From: Octopus vulgaris
Lineage: Eukaryota
Length of the DNA: 64,000 nt
Direction of reading: 5' to 3'
NCBI GenBank assembly: GCA_951406725.2
Contig: OX597825.1
Location: 992,001-1,056,000 of the forward strand
This document shows, piece after piece, positions 1-12,123 of this stretch. Every line of letters begins with the position of its first letter. The stretch's first letter is position 1. Made by a program: the position numbers and the translations under genes. The notes under the pieces were generated by a model, which was given only the letters and a program-made list of their open reading frames with translations, made no database searches and was not told where the DNA came from.

Positions 1-30
1 TATATCATCATCATCACCAACAACATTTAA

Positions 31-251
31 CCCTTTTAATACCAATCTGCTTGAAACTGGCTCTGGCTCTGAGTACAAATGTCTTGTTTTCAAAAGTTCT
101 GAATTAAAATCTTCCACCAAACCTTAGTCACAATTTATGTTCCTAACACTAGCTTAATGATAATGAAGCTATTTTACTAGATTCTTTGTTATATCTAAAA
201 TTAATTGAAAGAAACACTGAGCATCTCAACAGAAATATGGTAATGAAAAGG
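31..251. mobile_element. piggyBac-type MITE (family 1), copy 1
   Basis: TTAA at 27-30 and 252-255; imperfect TIRs CCCTTTTAATACCA / TGGTAATGAAAAGG; near-identical second copy at 57959-58181. Confidence 0.8.
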
Positions 252-302
252 TTAAGGTCCATTTCCAATGCTGGCGTATATATTTACATATATGAGTATT
301 TA

Positions 303-337
<35 letters not shown>

Positions 338-1046
338 ATACATACACACACACATATATAATTTTTGAAGGCAATTTGGATGCTATTTCTAAAGGGTATT
401 GAGATCACATAGAATTTCCCCCCATTGACTCTGCCGAAATAGTTGACTGAATCGGTCATCTGCAAGCTGATTGCTGTGTTATTCCAACACTGTAACTGAA
501 ATAGGGTATCAACTAAAAAAACATACGTTATTCAGAAGGGGTTGTTTATGGTAAACTGATGGTTAACAGTTTGGTTTTAACTCCCAACCAATCGCTATTG
601 TCAAGTCTTCGTTGACCGTTCACCTTTGATGTTATTATGTCTACTTTAAATCAATCATATTTCAGGAAAATAAAGATCAGGCATTTCTTTTCAAAGCATC
701 CAACAATGTAAAGTTCTGTTGATTTACCATAAAAATAAACACATAAAAAATAAACTATTGACAGACACTCTATAGCAATACATCGAGGTTTTGATTGATC
801 TTTCTATGGGCTTAAGTTGGAAAAGAATACTTTAATGTATTATTTTGATGTAAATTATTGATAGTGCCTTTACATACACAACTTGTACTAAACACTTGCA
901 TAAAGAAATGGGATATATATATAAATATATGATCGATAGATAGCCACATATTCCTATACACACATATATGTATGTAGATATATATATACACACATACATT
1001 TATGTATAAATGTATATCTGTCTATCTATCTATATATATATATAGG

Positions 1047-1123
<77 letters not shown>

Positions 1124-1143
1124 ATACTCATCTATATATATGC

Positions 1144-1177
<34 letters not shown>

Positions 1178-1196
1178 TATATCTCCATATATGTAT

Positions 1197-1236
<40 letters not shown>

Positions 1237-2031
1237 TGCCCATATATACATACACACATATACAAACACATAGATATATATAAATGTATAAAAGATTTCT
1301 ATGAATGAATTTTTATGTAGCTTGAAATATTTACATCATCAAATATGATGTAGTAATAGCATTGAAATGATCTAAGTTGTTGTGTCAGACCATTTAAGTG
1401 GGCTACTTTTGATAACTTCTAAAGTTATGTCTACATATAAATACTTTTACATGTATCTTCATACTTCCTTTCTGATGTGTATGTGTGTGTGTGTTTCTGT
1501 TGTATAATTTGTAAACACACAAAAACACTCTGTACAACATTCGCCAACCCATCAGACTTATTTTTTTTTGTGTTTGGAAATTCTATCTTGTATTTTTTAT
1601 TTACACTTATCAAGTATTTCCCTATAAGTTTATTTTCTCATTTTGTAATTTGACAACCATTTTAAAAAATAATTTGTACATTTGATTTTATTAACAGCTT
1701 GCTTCCTTAACTATAACAGTTACATAAACAGGCTTTGCACAATGGCTTTTCTAAAGAGGAGACTAATTCCAGTTGAACATTCTTTAAAGACCCAAGGCAC
1801 AGAAATATATTACTGAAGCCAATGCAAGTTTAAAAATTGAGCTTTTCTCATTTTTTAATTGCTTTTGCACCTTTCGGATGCACTGGAATTTCAAGATGAA
1901 GATAATAATGTTCATAAGGCAACCTGTTTCTGGGAAATATATTTTCATAATGGTTATTATTTTAAGATGTTTGGAAAAATTATAACAACAAGATAGTCCC
2001 TACTTCAAGAAATGTGGATTCATTATGCACA

Positions 2032-2407
2032 GGCAAAGGCGTGGCTGTGTGGTAAGAGGCTTGCTTCCCAGTCGCATGGTTCTGAGTTCAGTCCCACACT
2101 GTGGTACCGTGGGCAAGTATCTTCTGCTATAACCTTCGGCCACACAAAACTTTGTGAGTGGATTTGGTAGACAGAAACTAGAAGAAGCCTGTTGTATATA
2201 CGTATATATTTATGTGTGTGTGGGTGTTTGTCCCCACACCATTGCTTGACAACCAATGTTGGTGTGTTTACGTTTCCAGACTGATAAAATGAGTACCAGG
2301 ATTACAAAGAATAAGTCCTGGGGTCGATTTCTTTGACTAAAATCCTTTAGTGTGCTCCAGCATGGCCTCAATCAGATGACTGAAACAAGTTAAAGAATAA
2401 AAGAGTA
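2032..2407 (+). mobile_element. tRNA-derived SINE family A, near full-length copy
   Basis: A-box-like TGGCTGTGTGG and B-box-like GAGTTCAGTCCC, CORE-like GGGCAAGT body, internal TA/TG tract, (AAAAGAGT)-type tail; more than 15 related copies or fragments in the window. Confidence 0.8.
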
Positions 2408-2516
2408 CATGTGCATACATACAAATATAGGCACACACTGAGCATCTTCCATCTACAAACTCCATCCCAGAATTATAGAAGACACTTGCCCAAGATGTCA
2501 CACAGTGAGTGCCTTT

Positions 2517-2589
<73 letters not shown>

Positions 2590-3743
2590 CACACGCCTGT
2601 ATGATTTAGAGATTAAGAAACCATCTGAGGGATATTAAATATCCAATTATACAACTGGATGTGTACCTATGTATTTATAACCAAATGCTTAAATTGGAAA
2701 TTGACCCAGGATTTTTTAAGACAACTAAGAAAATGAAAAGGATATAAAATCGACAAACATCAGCCAGGAACCATTCCATTGTATCTATTTATTAATTGGT
2801 AACGAACAAGTGTTAAGTGGTACAAGTAACCGAATGAGATCAGCCAATAAATACATAAACACAGACATATATATATATATAAAACATTGTTTTATGTTCC
2901 TTTTACCACACAATGACTCCTATATATAAATACATACATATATATTTATATAATATGAATAGATATGACAAATTAGCATAAATTTACACACTTAAATGAC
3001 TTGTAATACATATTTCACTGATGACGAAAGCAAAGCTGATGCCAAGTAGAATTTGAATTTTGAGATGAGGAGAGACGACAGAAGTCAAGTCTAAAAGACA
3101 TTTAAGTCAACTGATTCTGTCACTCTACTGTATTCAAACCCATAAATATGTTGACTAGCAAAATGGTTAAGCATTTTGATTCAGCAGTCGAGGGAGATTA
3201 AATTAATCCATAACTGGCTACAATATCCACCCGATTTAACTTCCTGCATCACAATGTTAAAGTAGCTGATTTAAGGCAATATTTAACAAAGCCAATTTTT
3301 CTGTGATATCAGATAACTGGACTGGCATAATGAATTCTGCTTATATAATCGCCCATTATTTTATGAAACCCCTGGGAAATTGAAAATTGCCTCTTAGCTA
3401 TAAATGGAATCTAATATTGATATTTTGGAATTAACATGGCATAGTTGAAAAAGAAATTCATTTATTGAACAGTATAATAACCCTAGTAATTGATATCATG
3501 TTTGACATGAAAACATTTCATAAGGTATTATATTATTAATGTTGTTATCATTAGTATAATTATTTTGAGTTCAAAATGCTGCCAAGGTCAACTTAGCCTT
3601 TTATCCTTTTGGTGTTGATAAAATAAGTATTTGTTGCATTCTGCAATCAACTTAGCCTTCCCCTGAAAATTAGCTGGCCTTGGGCTAAAATTTATTGGGA
3701 AAATCATTAAGTTTGCAAGATGTAGTTACAAACATAATGGAAG

Positions 3744-4060
3744 TAGGTTCAGGCTCAGTGCCACTGCATGGCACATTGGGCAAATGTCTTCTGCTGTAGC
3801 TCCAGGCTGACCAATGCCATGTGAGTAAATCAGGTCGATGGAAACTATGTGGAAGCCTGTCATGAGTATGTGTGTGTCTTTGTGCTTGTATTTGTCCCCT
3901 GTCACTGCTTGACAACTGATGTTGGTTTGTTTGCATCCCTGTAACTTAGCAGTTCATCTAAAGAGACTAACAGAATAAGTACTGGACTTAGAAATATGTA
4001 CAGGGAGCAAATTGTCAGTGCTGCAGCATGGCTGCAGTTCAACGACTAAAAGATGAAAGT
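3744..4060 (+). mobile_element. SINE family A, diverged 5'-truncated copy
   Basis: Aligns by eye to 2032-2407 and 32508-32906 (GGCAAATGTCTTCT...CTTGACAACTGATGTTGGT...CAGCATGGCTGCAGT). Confidence 0.7.
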
Positions 4061-5203
4061 AAATTCAGACAAGTTTTTATTCCGTGAGTTGACAAGAATC
4101 TTGTAATTTAGAGCAATGCCTTTTATTAGTGAGAGAGGGGCTTAGTTGGAAGTGTCAGGATTCTGTTTTGCCACATTATACAGAATTACCCAGATTTGCA
4201 AATATATTTAGGTGTCTAATTCTAAAGGTCAAGATAAGTAAAGAAATATATGTCTTAAATCTTTAAAAGACACACCACAGGTTCTAACATTAATTTCTCA
4301 TCGCCAGGTATTTAAGCCAATAAAAGACTGCCAGGCTTTCTCTATCCAAGAACTTGATATGCAAATTAGTTTAGTCCCTTCAAAGTGGCCCTGATTGAAA
4401 AGAACAAAGCCCAAAAGCAATCTTTCACACTTTTACAGGTATTATTATATGTTTAATACAACATCACTCAATGCATGAGTCTTGGATAAAATGATTTTCA
4501 TTTACTATTTGTATTTTGAAGATGATTGTGGGTAATGAAATTTGGCTGTTAGTTCTAATAAATTGCATGAACATGTGAAGAGCTCCTGCTAATCTGATAA
4601 TGAAGGAAACCACTAATTAATCAGTGTATTCTTGTCATTATCTTCATCTTTCCATTATCATGTTGTTTGTAGGAGTTTAGGTTGTTATTTCTAGCAGGCT
4701 TAATGAAAACGTAAAAACATATAGCTGACCTCCCTCCCCGCCACCTCGTTTGCTCAGCCACTGATTAGTGGAATTCTCTGGCAAGAAGTAAAGGTTAGTC
4801 AGTGGAACCTTGTAAGCAATCTATATGAAATTAATTACTAAAAAGAAAAAAAAATCTTCAGATCTTTACCTTCAAGTCTGGAGTTCTTTATTGACTTGTG
4901 TCTAGCATAGGTACAAGGTGTTCTTTATTGACAGAACAGTCTGCTTCTTAGAAATAACTGTAGCATCAAATGCCAGGATAAAGAAAAAGTATTTCACTTT
5001 ATCCATTTCTTTATTCTCCATAGAGTATTTTTTTTTATTTTTAGATAATTTCATCAAGATATAATAACTCCATGGACTTAGATATACTTTCATGTGATGA
5101 ACCTATTTATTCTTTCATGTGGTGAAAATGTTGAATTTCAAAGACTTCACTTTTGAACAAATGAAAATATCAGAGTGAAACTGAAATTTTTATTACTGTT
5201 GTG

Positions 5204-5257
<54 letters not shown>

Positions 5258-5364
5258 GCAGTGAGCTGGCAGAATTGTTAGCTCACCAGAGACAAAGTGC
5301 TTAGTGGCATTTCGTTTGTCTTTATGTTCTAAGTTCAAATTCTGCTAGCCTTGACTTTGTCAGT

Positions 5365-5800
5365 AAGGCACCAGTTACTCAAAATCTTATCTTACACACT
5401 GATTATTTTGCTTCTAGGATTTTTGTATTTTGACAGTTTCTCCAGCTCCTTCCAAGCTATATTTTAATCAAAAGATACTGAGATGTCTGTCTATTAGAGT
5501 AGAACCATTTTCCTTTCCATCCTTGGAAATCATATCTGGATAGTTTGCTTTGATCTTCACACTAGTCTAGATGGGCATGTCCCGGATTATTGTGAATGGG
5601 TCATATTCATGTGCTGCACTTTACTTCTAATCCATTTACGCATCAAAATGTTGGTATATTGTCCTGTGTATACAGCCACTGACTCATTCGTGTGTGTAAA
5701 TACACTGGGACTTGGCAAGGACTGGCAGGCGGAAATTACGTGGTCAATTATCTCATTGTACAACTTGTGTAGTCAGCACTTGACGTTGGCATCTTCCTTA
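5365..5800 (-). pseudogene. Old degenerate R4/Dong-type retrotransposon fragment (zinc-knuckle and RLE region)
   Basis: Minus-strand translation with stops and frameshifts: EIIDHVISAC ... TIIRDMPI*TSVKIKANYPDMISKD ... LID ... KELEKLSKYK, parallel to ETVDHLISGC ... TILWDFPVHTDRTIKANKPDIVVKD ... LID ... KEFDKLRKYK in the 930-aa ORF. Confidence 0.75.
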
Positions 5801-5873
5801 TTATTTGATTGGTGTAATTATTCATAACTATTCATTTTTGTAATTATTCACTATTTGTCCTGTGCAACTAAAA

Positions 5874-5909
<36 letters not shown>

Positions 5910-5992
5910 ACCACCACTGATTTCTAATGTAGGCACAAAGCCAGAAAACGTGGTGGGTAGACAATAGTCAGTAATATATATGCATATGTATA

Positions 5993-6032
<40 letters not shown>

Positions 6033-6531
6033 ATTCTATATGCTTATTATTTGATTAGTATTTATTTCCTATTGACACTGAAAGGGCGAGAGAGAAAGCT
6101 AACCTTTGCATCCTGACTTTGAATCCCTCTGTTGTGGGATTTCAAGTCAGAATGCAAAGGTTTGTAATTAAATACTACAAGACATCTCATCCAACATCTT
6201 ACTGATTCTGCTTTCCAATAACTGAATAATAGTAAATCAAAAAATCTTTTTTACTGGGGGCTGATGGTGCTGCCACCTACAGTTGCTCTCAATGTAAAAT
6301 GATTTTAAATATTTCATGTAATATTGATTTCTAACAATGTCGTAAGGTCAGTGTCATGGGAGGTGGTCGGAGGTTGGTCGACAGAAATTGGCTGCTTGGC
6401 TCTGTATTATTTTGTAAATTCTGGAACGATGAAAGGAAAAGCTGACCTCAACTGGATTTGAACTGAAAATGTAACAAAACACAGAAATGGGACACTACTA
6501 ATTCTGTGAACAACAACAACAACAACAATAA

Positions 6532-6682
6532 TCATCATCATTGTTTAACGTCCGTTTTCCATGCTGGCATGGGTCAGACGGTTTCACTGAGGTCTGGAGA
6601 GCCAGTGGCTGCACCAGGCTCCAATCTGATCTGACAATGTTTCTACAGCTGGATGCCCTTCCTAACACCAACCACTCCGAGA

Positions 6683-6684
<2 letters not shown>
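6532..6684 (-). mobile_element. SINE family B (RTE-derived, (ATG)n tail), 3' fragment
   Basis: CATCATCAT-TGTTTAACGTCCGTTTTCCATGC...GGATGCCCTTCCTAAC matches copies at 24589, 38192, 41865 and 46095. Confidence 0.75.
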
Positions 6685-6723
<39 letters not shown>

Positions 6724-7369
6724 TATTATTATTATTAAAGTAGTGAGCTGGCAGAATCATTAGCATGCCAGACAAAATACTCTGTTCTGTGAGTTGAAAC
6801 CGTCTTTTCCTACTATTTCCAAAGACTGGAATATCTACAATTTCCTGTGAATATTTTAAATCTGCCTCAAAATAAAATAAGTTAGGAAACTTACATACCT
6901 ACAGCTTTCGAACAAACAAACGATCAGCTTTAAAAAACCCCCCAAAAAAACCCTTTAATATCTACAACTAATATGTGATGACTTATCCTTTCCTCTCTCC
7001 CTGAGTATTCAAAAATGTAAACATCATCTTCCTTTTTATTCTAAGAACACTACCATTTCTCTCTGTGCGGTCATACAAAAAACCATATTTAGTAACTCTT
7101 TAAACTTTACTATCTACAACTTGTTTTCTTTGCTTTTTGACTTTCTTTGAGTGTTCGAAAATGTAAACATCCTTTTTTATTGCAAAAGTCCTACTGTATT
7201 CTCCAACTGGACAGATGAACATCTCAAGAAAACTTAAAAACTTTAATATATTAGCCAAATACGTAAACACACTTTTTATTGCAACAACACAATTGAATTC
7301 AGAAATTTAAAAATGCAACAACATGAATATCAGAATATATGTGTGTGTGTGTGTGTGTGTGTGGGGGGG

Positions 7370-7414
<45 letters not shown>

Positions 7415-7885
7415 TATATTATTATTATTGTTTTTTTTCTACCAGTAATTACAAATAGGACAGGTTGAATTGCTTCTTTTCAAATCAGCGCACCCAGTAT
7501 CCACTGATAGTAGTAAACACACTTGACCTCTGCTGACCTAAAGGGTGTGAAGAGTCCTTTGTCTCTATGGTTGACCTCCCCACCATCTGCTGAATCTATT
7601 TATAGGCCTTGATCAATTCACCAAACTGCTACCAATCTTCTCCCTAAAACAATGGTGGTGATGGTGATAATGATGAAAATAAAAATTATACGAATAAGCT
7701 GCAGCTGCTAATACTAAATACTACTAACACTAAATTAACACTACAACTACTACTATTATGATAGCACAGGTATCTGAGACCCAACTACCACCCTTACCAC
7801 TACCCCACCCACCCTACTGTTGCTGGTGCTACAGCCACTGCTGCTACTACACATAAAAACAATAATATCAGTGATATCAGTGATG

Positions 7886-7950
<65 letters not shown>
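7886..7950. repeat. (AAT)n tract, 5' flank and target of the R4/Dong element
   Basis: About 21 perfect AAT units directly abutting the ORF start. Confidence 0.95.
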
Positions 7951-7951
<1 letters not shown>

Positions 7952-10743
7952 TGCCCCCGAAAAAACAAAGAAAACAAAACCTGGGAAGAAATCAAACCTG
8001 GAGAAGTAAAATTGAAAAAGAGATTGAATTTATGAGAGGGGAAATATCAATATTAAATGAACTAATATGTGGAAATGATGTAAGATCCAGAACAGGAAGA
8101 AAGATGAAGAGAAAATTTGGATCCTCACCAAGAGAAGAACTGATATCAATAAAAGAAACGCTGAAACAAAAAGTCCAAGCAAAAGCCCAAAGAATACGAA
8201 GATTTGAGAAGAGAAACAAGTTTTACAAGCAAAATAAGCTGTTCACATCCAATGCCAAAAAATTCTACAGAGAAATAGGGAAGGAGAAAGTAACCGTTAA
8301 AGACCCTCCTCCCATGGAAGAAGTTCAAAACTTTTGGGAAAGGATTTGGAGTGACAAGAAGACGTACAACATAAATGCAGACTGGATTATACAAACTGAA
8401 GGATCCTACCAAAATTTACAACAACAAGCATGGGAAGACATCACAATAGCAGACCTAAGAAAGGCACTCACGAAGGCCCATAATTGGAAATCCCCCGGTA
8501 AAGATAGGGTGCCGAATTTCTGGCTCGCATCGCTCCCGTGCGCACACGGTAAGCTAGTTCAGCTGCTTAATGGAATTTTGAGAGACCCAAAGAAAACACC
8601 TGAATGGTTAGCAAGTGGCATTACTTACCTACTCCCAAAGAATAACGAAACCAACCTTCCAAAAAACTATCAGCCTATAACCTGTCTATCCACCACGTAT
8701 AAAATCCTAACATCTATCCTGGCGGAGAAAACATATGCATTCATGGAGAAGAACGATATTTTCCCCATTGAACAAAAAGGGTGCCGCCGAGGCTCTTACG
8801 GATGCAAAGATCAACTGCTAATCAATCGTATGATCCTTGAGAACTGTCACAACAAGCGCAGAAATCTCAGCACCGCATGGATTGACTATAAAAAGGCCTT
8901 CGACAGTATACCGCATCCATGGATCTTGAGATCGCTGGACATCTTTAAAATTTCCCCTGTGATTTCAAACTTCCTGAAGCACAATATGTCGTTGTGGAAT
9001 ACGAATCTCCAATTATACCACTCTAATAGAGTACTTGCCTCAGAAAATATAAACATCAACTGTGGAATTTTTCAAGGTGACTCACTTTCACCTTTAATAT
9101 TCTGCATAGCCCTAATACCCCTTACAAGTGAATTAAACAGAACAGGGTATGGGTATAAAATTGCCAATAAAAAAATAAGCCATCTATTTTATATGGATGA
9201 CTTAAAACTTTATGGTAAAGACAATAATGAACTTGAAGGCCTATTGCGCACAGTGAAAGCATTCAGCGATGACATCGGGATGGAGTTTGGACTTGAGAAG
9301 TGTGCCAAGGCCACTTTCCAGAAAGGGAAAGTGAAGACCACAAATTCAGTCGTGTTAGATGTTGACACAGTCATAAGAGAGCTTGAGCAAGAACAGACAT
9401 ACAAATATTTAGGGATAAATGAAGGCTCTGGTATTCAGCATGCAAGCATGAAAGAGAAAATCAGGAAGGAATGTTATAGGAGAGTTCGTGTAGTCCTGAA
9501 ATCTGAACTAAATGCACGTAACAAGGTATTAGCTATAAATTCCTTAGCAGTTCCAGTTGTTACTTATAGCTACAATGTGTTGAACTGGAATATGAGTGAA
9601 GTAAAGAATATAGATAGAAAAATACGCAAGCTGCTGAGTTGTAATAGGATGCACCACCCAAAGGCAGACGTAGATCGCCTTTACCTTCCCAGAGCCCAAG
9701 GAGGTCGAGGCCTGATCCAATTTGAAATAGCTTACAAAACAACCACAATTGGACTGGCCAAATATCTCGAAATATCGAATGACTGGATGCTAAAGCTCGT
9801 GGAAAATCACGAGAGACGAAAGAAGCTTCATTCTATCATCAAGGAAAGCAAAAAATTTGCTATTGATCTCGTGCAGGATACCCAAACTGAACAACCCGAG
9901 GGAAGTACGGCAACTATTGTTGCAAAGAAGGTGAAGATGATGGCAATGAAAAAAGCGCACGAGCAATTGGCTGATAGGTGGGAGGAGAAACCTCTGCACG
10001 GCAAATATGTGACCCGCAGCAAACAAGCTGATGTTGACCAGAAGCAAACCCATCAGTGGCTGCGGAGCTCAGGGCTAAAAGCAGAGAGCGAAGGTTTCAT
10101 CCTGGCTGCTCAAGACCAAAGCCTATTAACCCGGAACTACCAGGCCAATGTGATGAAAAATGGAGCAGACCCAAAATGCCGATTCTGCAACGACATGATT
10201 GAAACAGTGGACCACCTAATCTCTGGATGTAAAGTCTTAGCACCAGTGGAGTATAAATTAAGACATGACAGAGTTGGCCAATATCTCCACTGGCTAATAA
10301 GTCGGCATTACAATATCAAAACTGCCGACAAGTGGTATAATCACCACCCTGAGGCTGTAACTGAAGGAGAAAATGTAACCATTCTGTGGGACTTTCCAGT
10401 ACATACAGACCGAACCATCAAGGCCAATAAACCAGATATTGTTGTGAAAGACCAAAACAATAAAGTTTGCTTATTGATCGACATGAGCATCCCCTGTGAT
10501 CATAATATCTCAGCGAAAGAGTTTGACAAGCTCAGAAAATATAAAGACCTACTCATTGAAATTGAGAAAATGTGGCATCTCAAGGCGGTTACAATACCAG
10601 TGATCGTAGGAGCACTAGGAATGATCAAGAAGGGAACCGAAAATTATATGAGAATGATCCCTGGCTTACCATCCCTGCAAGAAGTGCAAAAGATTGTCTT
10701 AACTGGTACATCACACGTATTGAGAAGAGCATTGTCGATGTGA
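7951..10743 (+). CDS. R4/Dong-clade non-LTR retrotransposon ORF: reverse transcriptase + CCHC zinc knuckle + restriction-like (PD-(D/E)xK) endonuclease; probably 5'-truncated
   Basis: 930 aa without stops. RT motifs KSPGKD, YQPITCL, EQKG, DYKKAFDS, GIFQGDSLSP, FYMDD, YKYLG; LYLPRAQGGRGL; CRFC-x8-H-x4-C; RHD; KPDIVV...LIDMSIP...KLRKY endonuclease core. No APE domain. Confidence 0.93.
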
Positions 10744-10774
10744 GAACTGTTGCTGCTCATGTATTTTAATTTAA

Positions 10775-10805
<31 letters not shown>

Positions 10806-10928
10806 TGAACGAACTACTGAGTTTGGTTTAATGGCCTACCAATATACACTATGAGTTTCTTTGCCCTAGGAGTCGGGAAGACACTCGGCAAGAAATGGAA
10901 GAAAATTTGAAAGAAGAAAAAAAAAAAA
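7951..10928 (+). mobile_element. R4/Dong-like retrotransposon insertion (ORF + 3' UTR + A-rich tail) inside an (AAT)n microsatellite
   Basis: (AAT)n on both sides (7886-7950 and 10931-10969); 3' UTR hairpin 10856-10895; A-run 10917-10928. TAA-repeat targeting is the known behaviour of Dong elements. Confidence 0.88.
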
Positions 10929-10970
<42 letters not shown>

Positions 10971-11199
10971 GGTAGAGCCTCCTCCTCCTCCTCATGAGCT
11001 AATTAATGCAGTCTGGTATCATGGGAATATCTAGGAATATGGAATCAAATTGATTGAAATATAATGTAGGTATAAATATTTCTAAGAAAAATGTGCCCTA
11101 AAGATAAGATTAATAGCTAAAGAAATTGTGTTAATCTTATAATTATTTTATTATTTTTTTTTTCTGTTGTTTTCATCTGGAGGAAGAAACTGTCCCTAT

Positions 11200-11500
11200 G
11201 GCCTTTGCAGGCCCTCTGAAATCCCTAGAACAATTGCAAGAAAAACATAGCTTGAGAAAGAATTTCAGAGGACTGATGTAGAAGGGAAAGGAACTGGGGA
11301 AAATAGTATGGGTCTTGGAGTGTTGGACATAATATTTGTGATGATTGGAAGAGAGGCAAGTGAGTTGCATAGGCCTGAGTGGAGATGGTTCAAGACCAGC
11401 CAGCTCCAAGCAGTAATGATAATAAAAACAGCAAAGGGAAGTTTGAGCGTACATCTGTAGGACAACTGGTGAATGGTGAAGAGTGAGCTAGCAGATCCAT
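11200..11500 (-). pseudogene. CR1/L2-group LINE ORF2 C-terminal fossil
   Basis: Translation SLCCFYYHYCLELAGLEPSP...TCLSSNHHKYYV...THTIFPSSF resembles the SLxxFY...CSxEL...TR...H...F..SF C-terminus of invertebrate CR1-group LINEs. Confidence 0.55.
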
Positions 11501-11571
11501 ATGCACTGATCCAGGTATTATGAAGTGATTTCTAAACAGGAGGTGAGAAAGAATATCTTGATAAAACTTAC

Positions 11572-11696
11572 TGTTTTTGTGCCCAGATTTATTATAGAAC
11601 AATAAAGTGTTGCTGTGTCTCCAATGTATGATGTGATGTTATTTACACGACTGCCAAAATGTGGAGTATAATACCGCTGGTACCTTCCACCTGTGA
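11572..11696 (-). CDS. Internal coding exon of an immunoglobulin-superfamily gene (N-terminal half of first Ig domain, Dpr/DIP/ZIG-8/lachesin-like)
   Basis: Minus strand: acceptor TTCTTTTTGTTTTTGTTCCAG, 125-nt exon (phase 1 in, phase 0 out), donor GTAAGT. Translation TGGRYQRYYTPHFGSRVNNITSYIGDTATLYCSIINLGTKT fits the P.F...N(I/V)T...G.TA.L.C.(I/V).NLG.KT|V.W pattern. Confidence 0.85.
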
Positions 11697-11954
11697 CTGG
11701 AACAAAAACAAAAAGAAAGTATGATTAATATCGATCAACAACAGGATATATTCAATGCTTTACATCTCAATAATATGAAACAGTGAAACAAGATTCTAAA
11801 TCAAATTTCTTATTACTGAAGTAGACACAATTGTTGTGGTTTACCTCAAGTCAGTCATGGTCTCGCAGACCCATGGTTAAAGGCAATTCAGCTGGGATCA
11901 TCCTAGATATTCTTAGTTTCTACGCATTTTATTCATTTTATTATTTTTTAAAAA

Positions 11955-12123
11955 CCCTTCAGCATTCAGATTTCTTTGTCAAATCTGAGGCTTATTCATT
12001 CCCATTGTTTCCAATTAATCGTTCCCTATCTCATAGCTTTAAGATTTTGATGATGTGATTGTTCATTTTTTGTTGGGTACCTGTGAAGGCCAGATCTGTA
12101 CAACGTTTGAGCTTGCTAAAGGG
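11955..12123. mobile_element. piggyBac-type MITE (family 2), internally deleted copy
   Basis: CCCTTCAGCATTCAGA...GCTAAAGGG-TTAA ends; related to 46043-46610 and 51470-51690. Confidence 0.6.

Noticed and set aside
3019-3030. CTGATGACGAAA hammerhead-like core
   Set aside because: Only one base between CUGAUGA and GAAA (no stem II) and no stem I/III pairing; chance match.
4870-4960. Possible minus-strand exon with a GTAAAG donor as the next Ig exon
   Set aside because: All three frames contain stops and there is no V-x-W start.
10902-10912. AAAATTTGAAA shared between the R4 3' UTR and the family C SINE tail as evidence of a LINE-SINE pair
   Set aside because: An 11-bp AT-rich match is expected by chance here, the 3' hairpin is not shared, and orientation relative to the TAA repeat is opposite.
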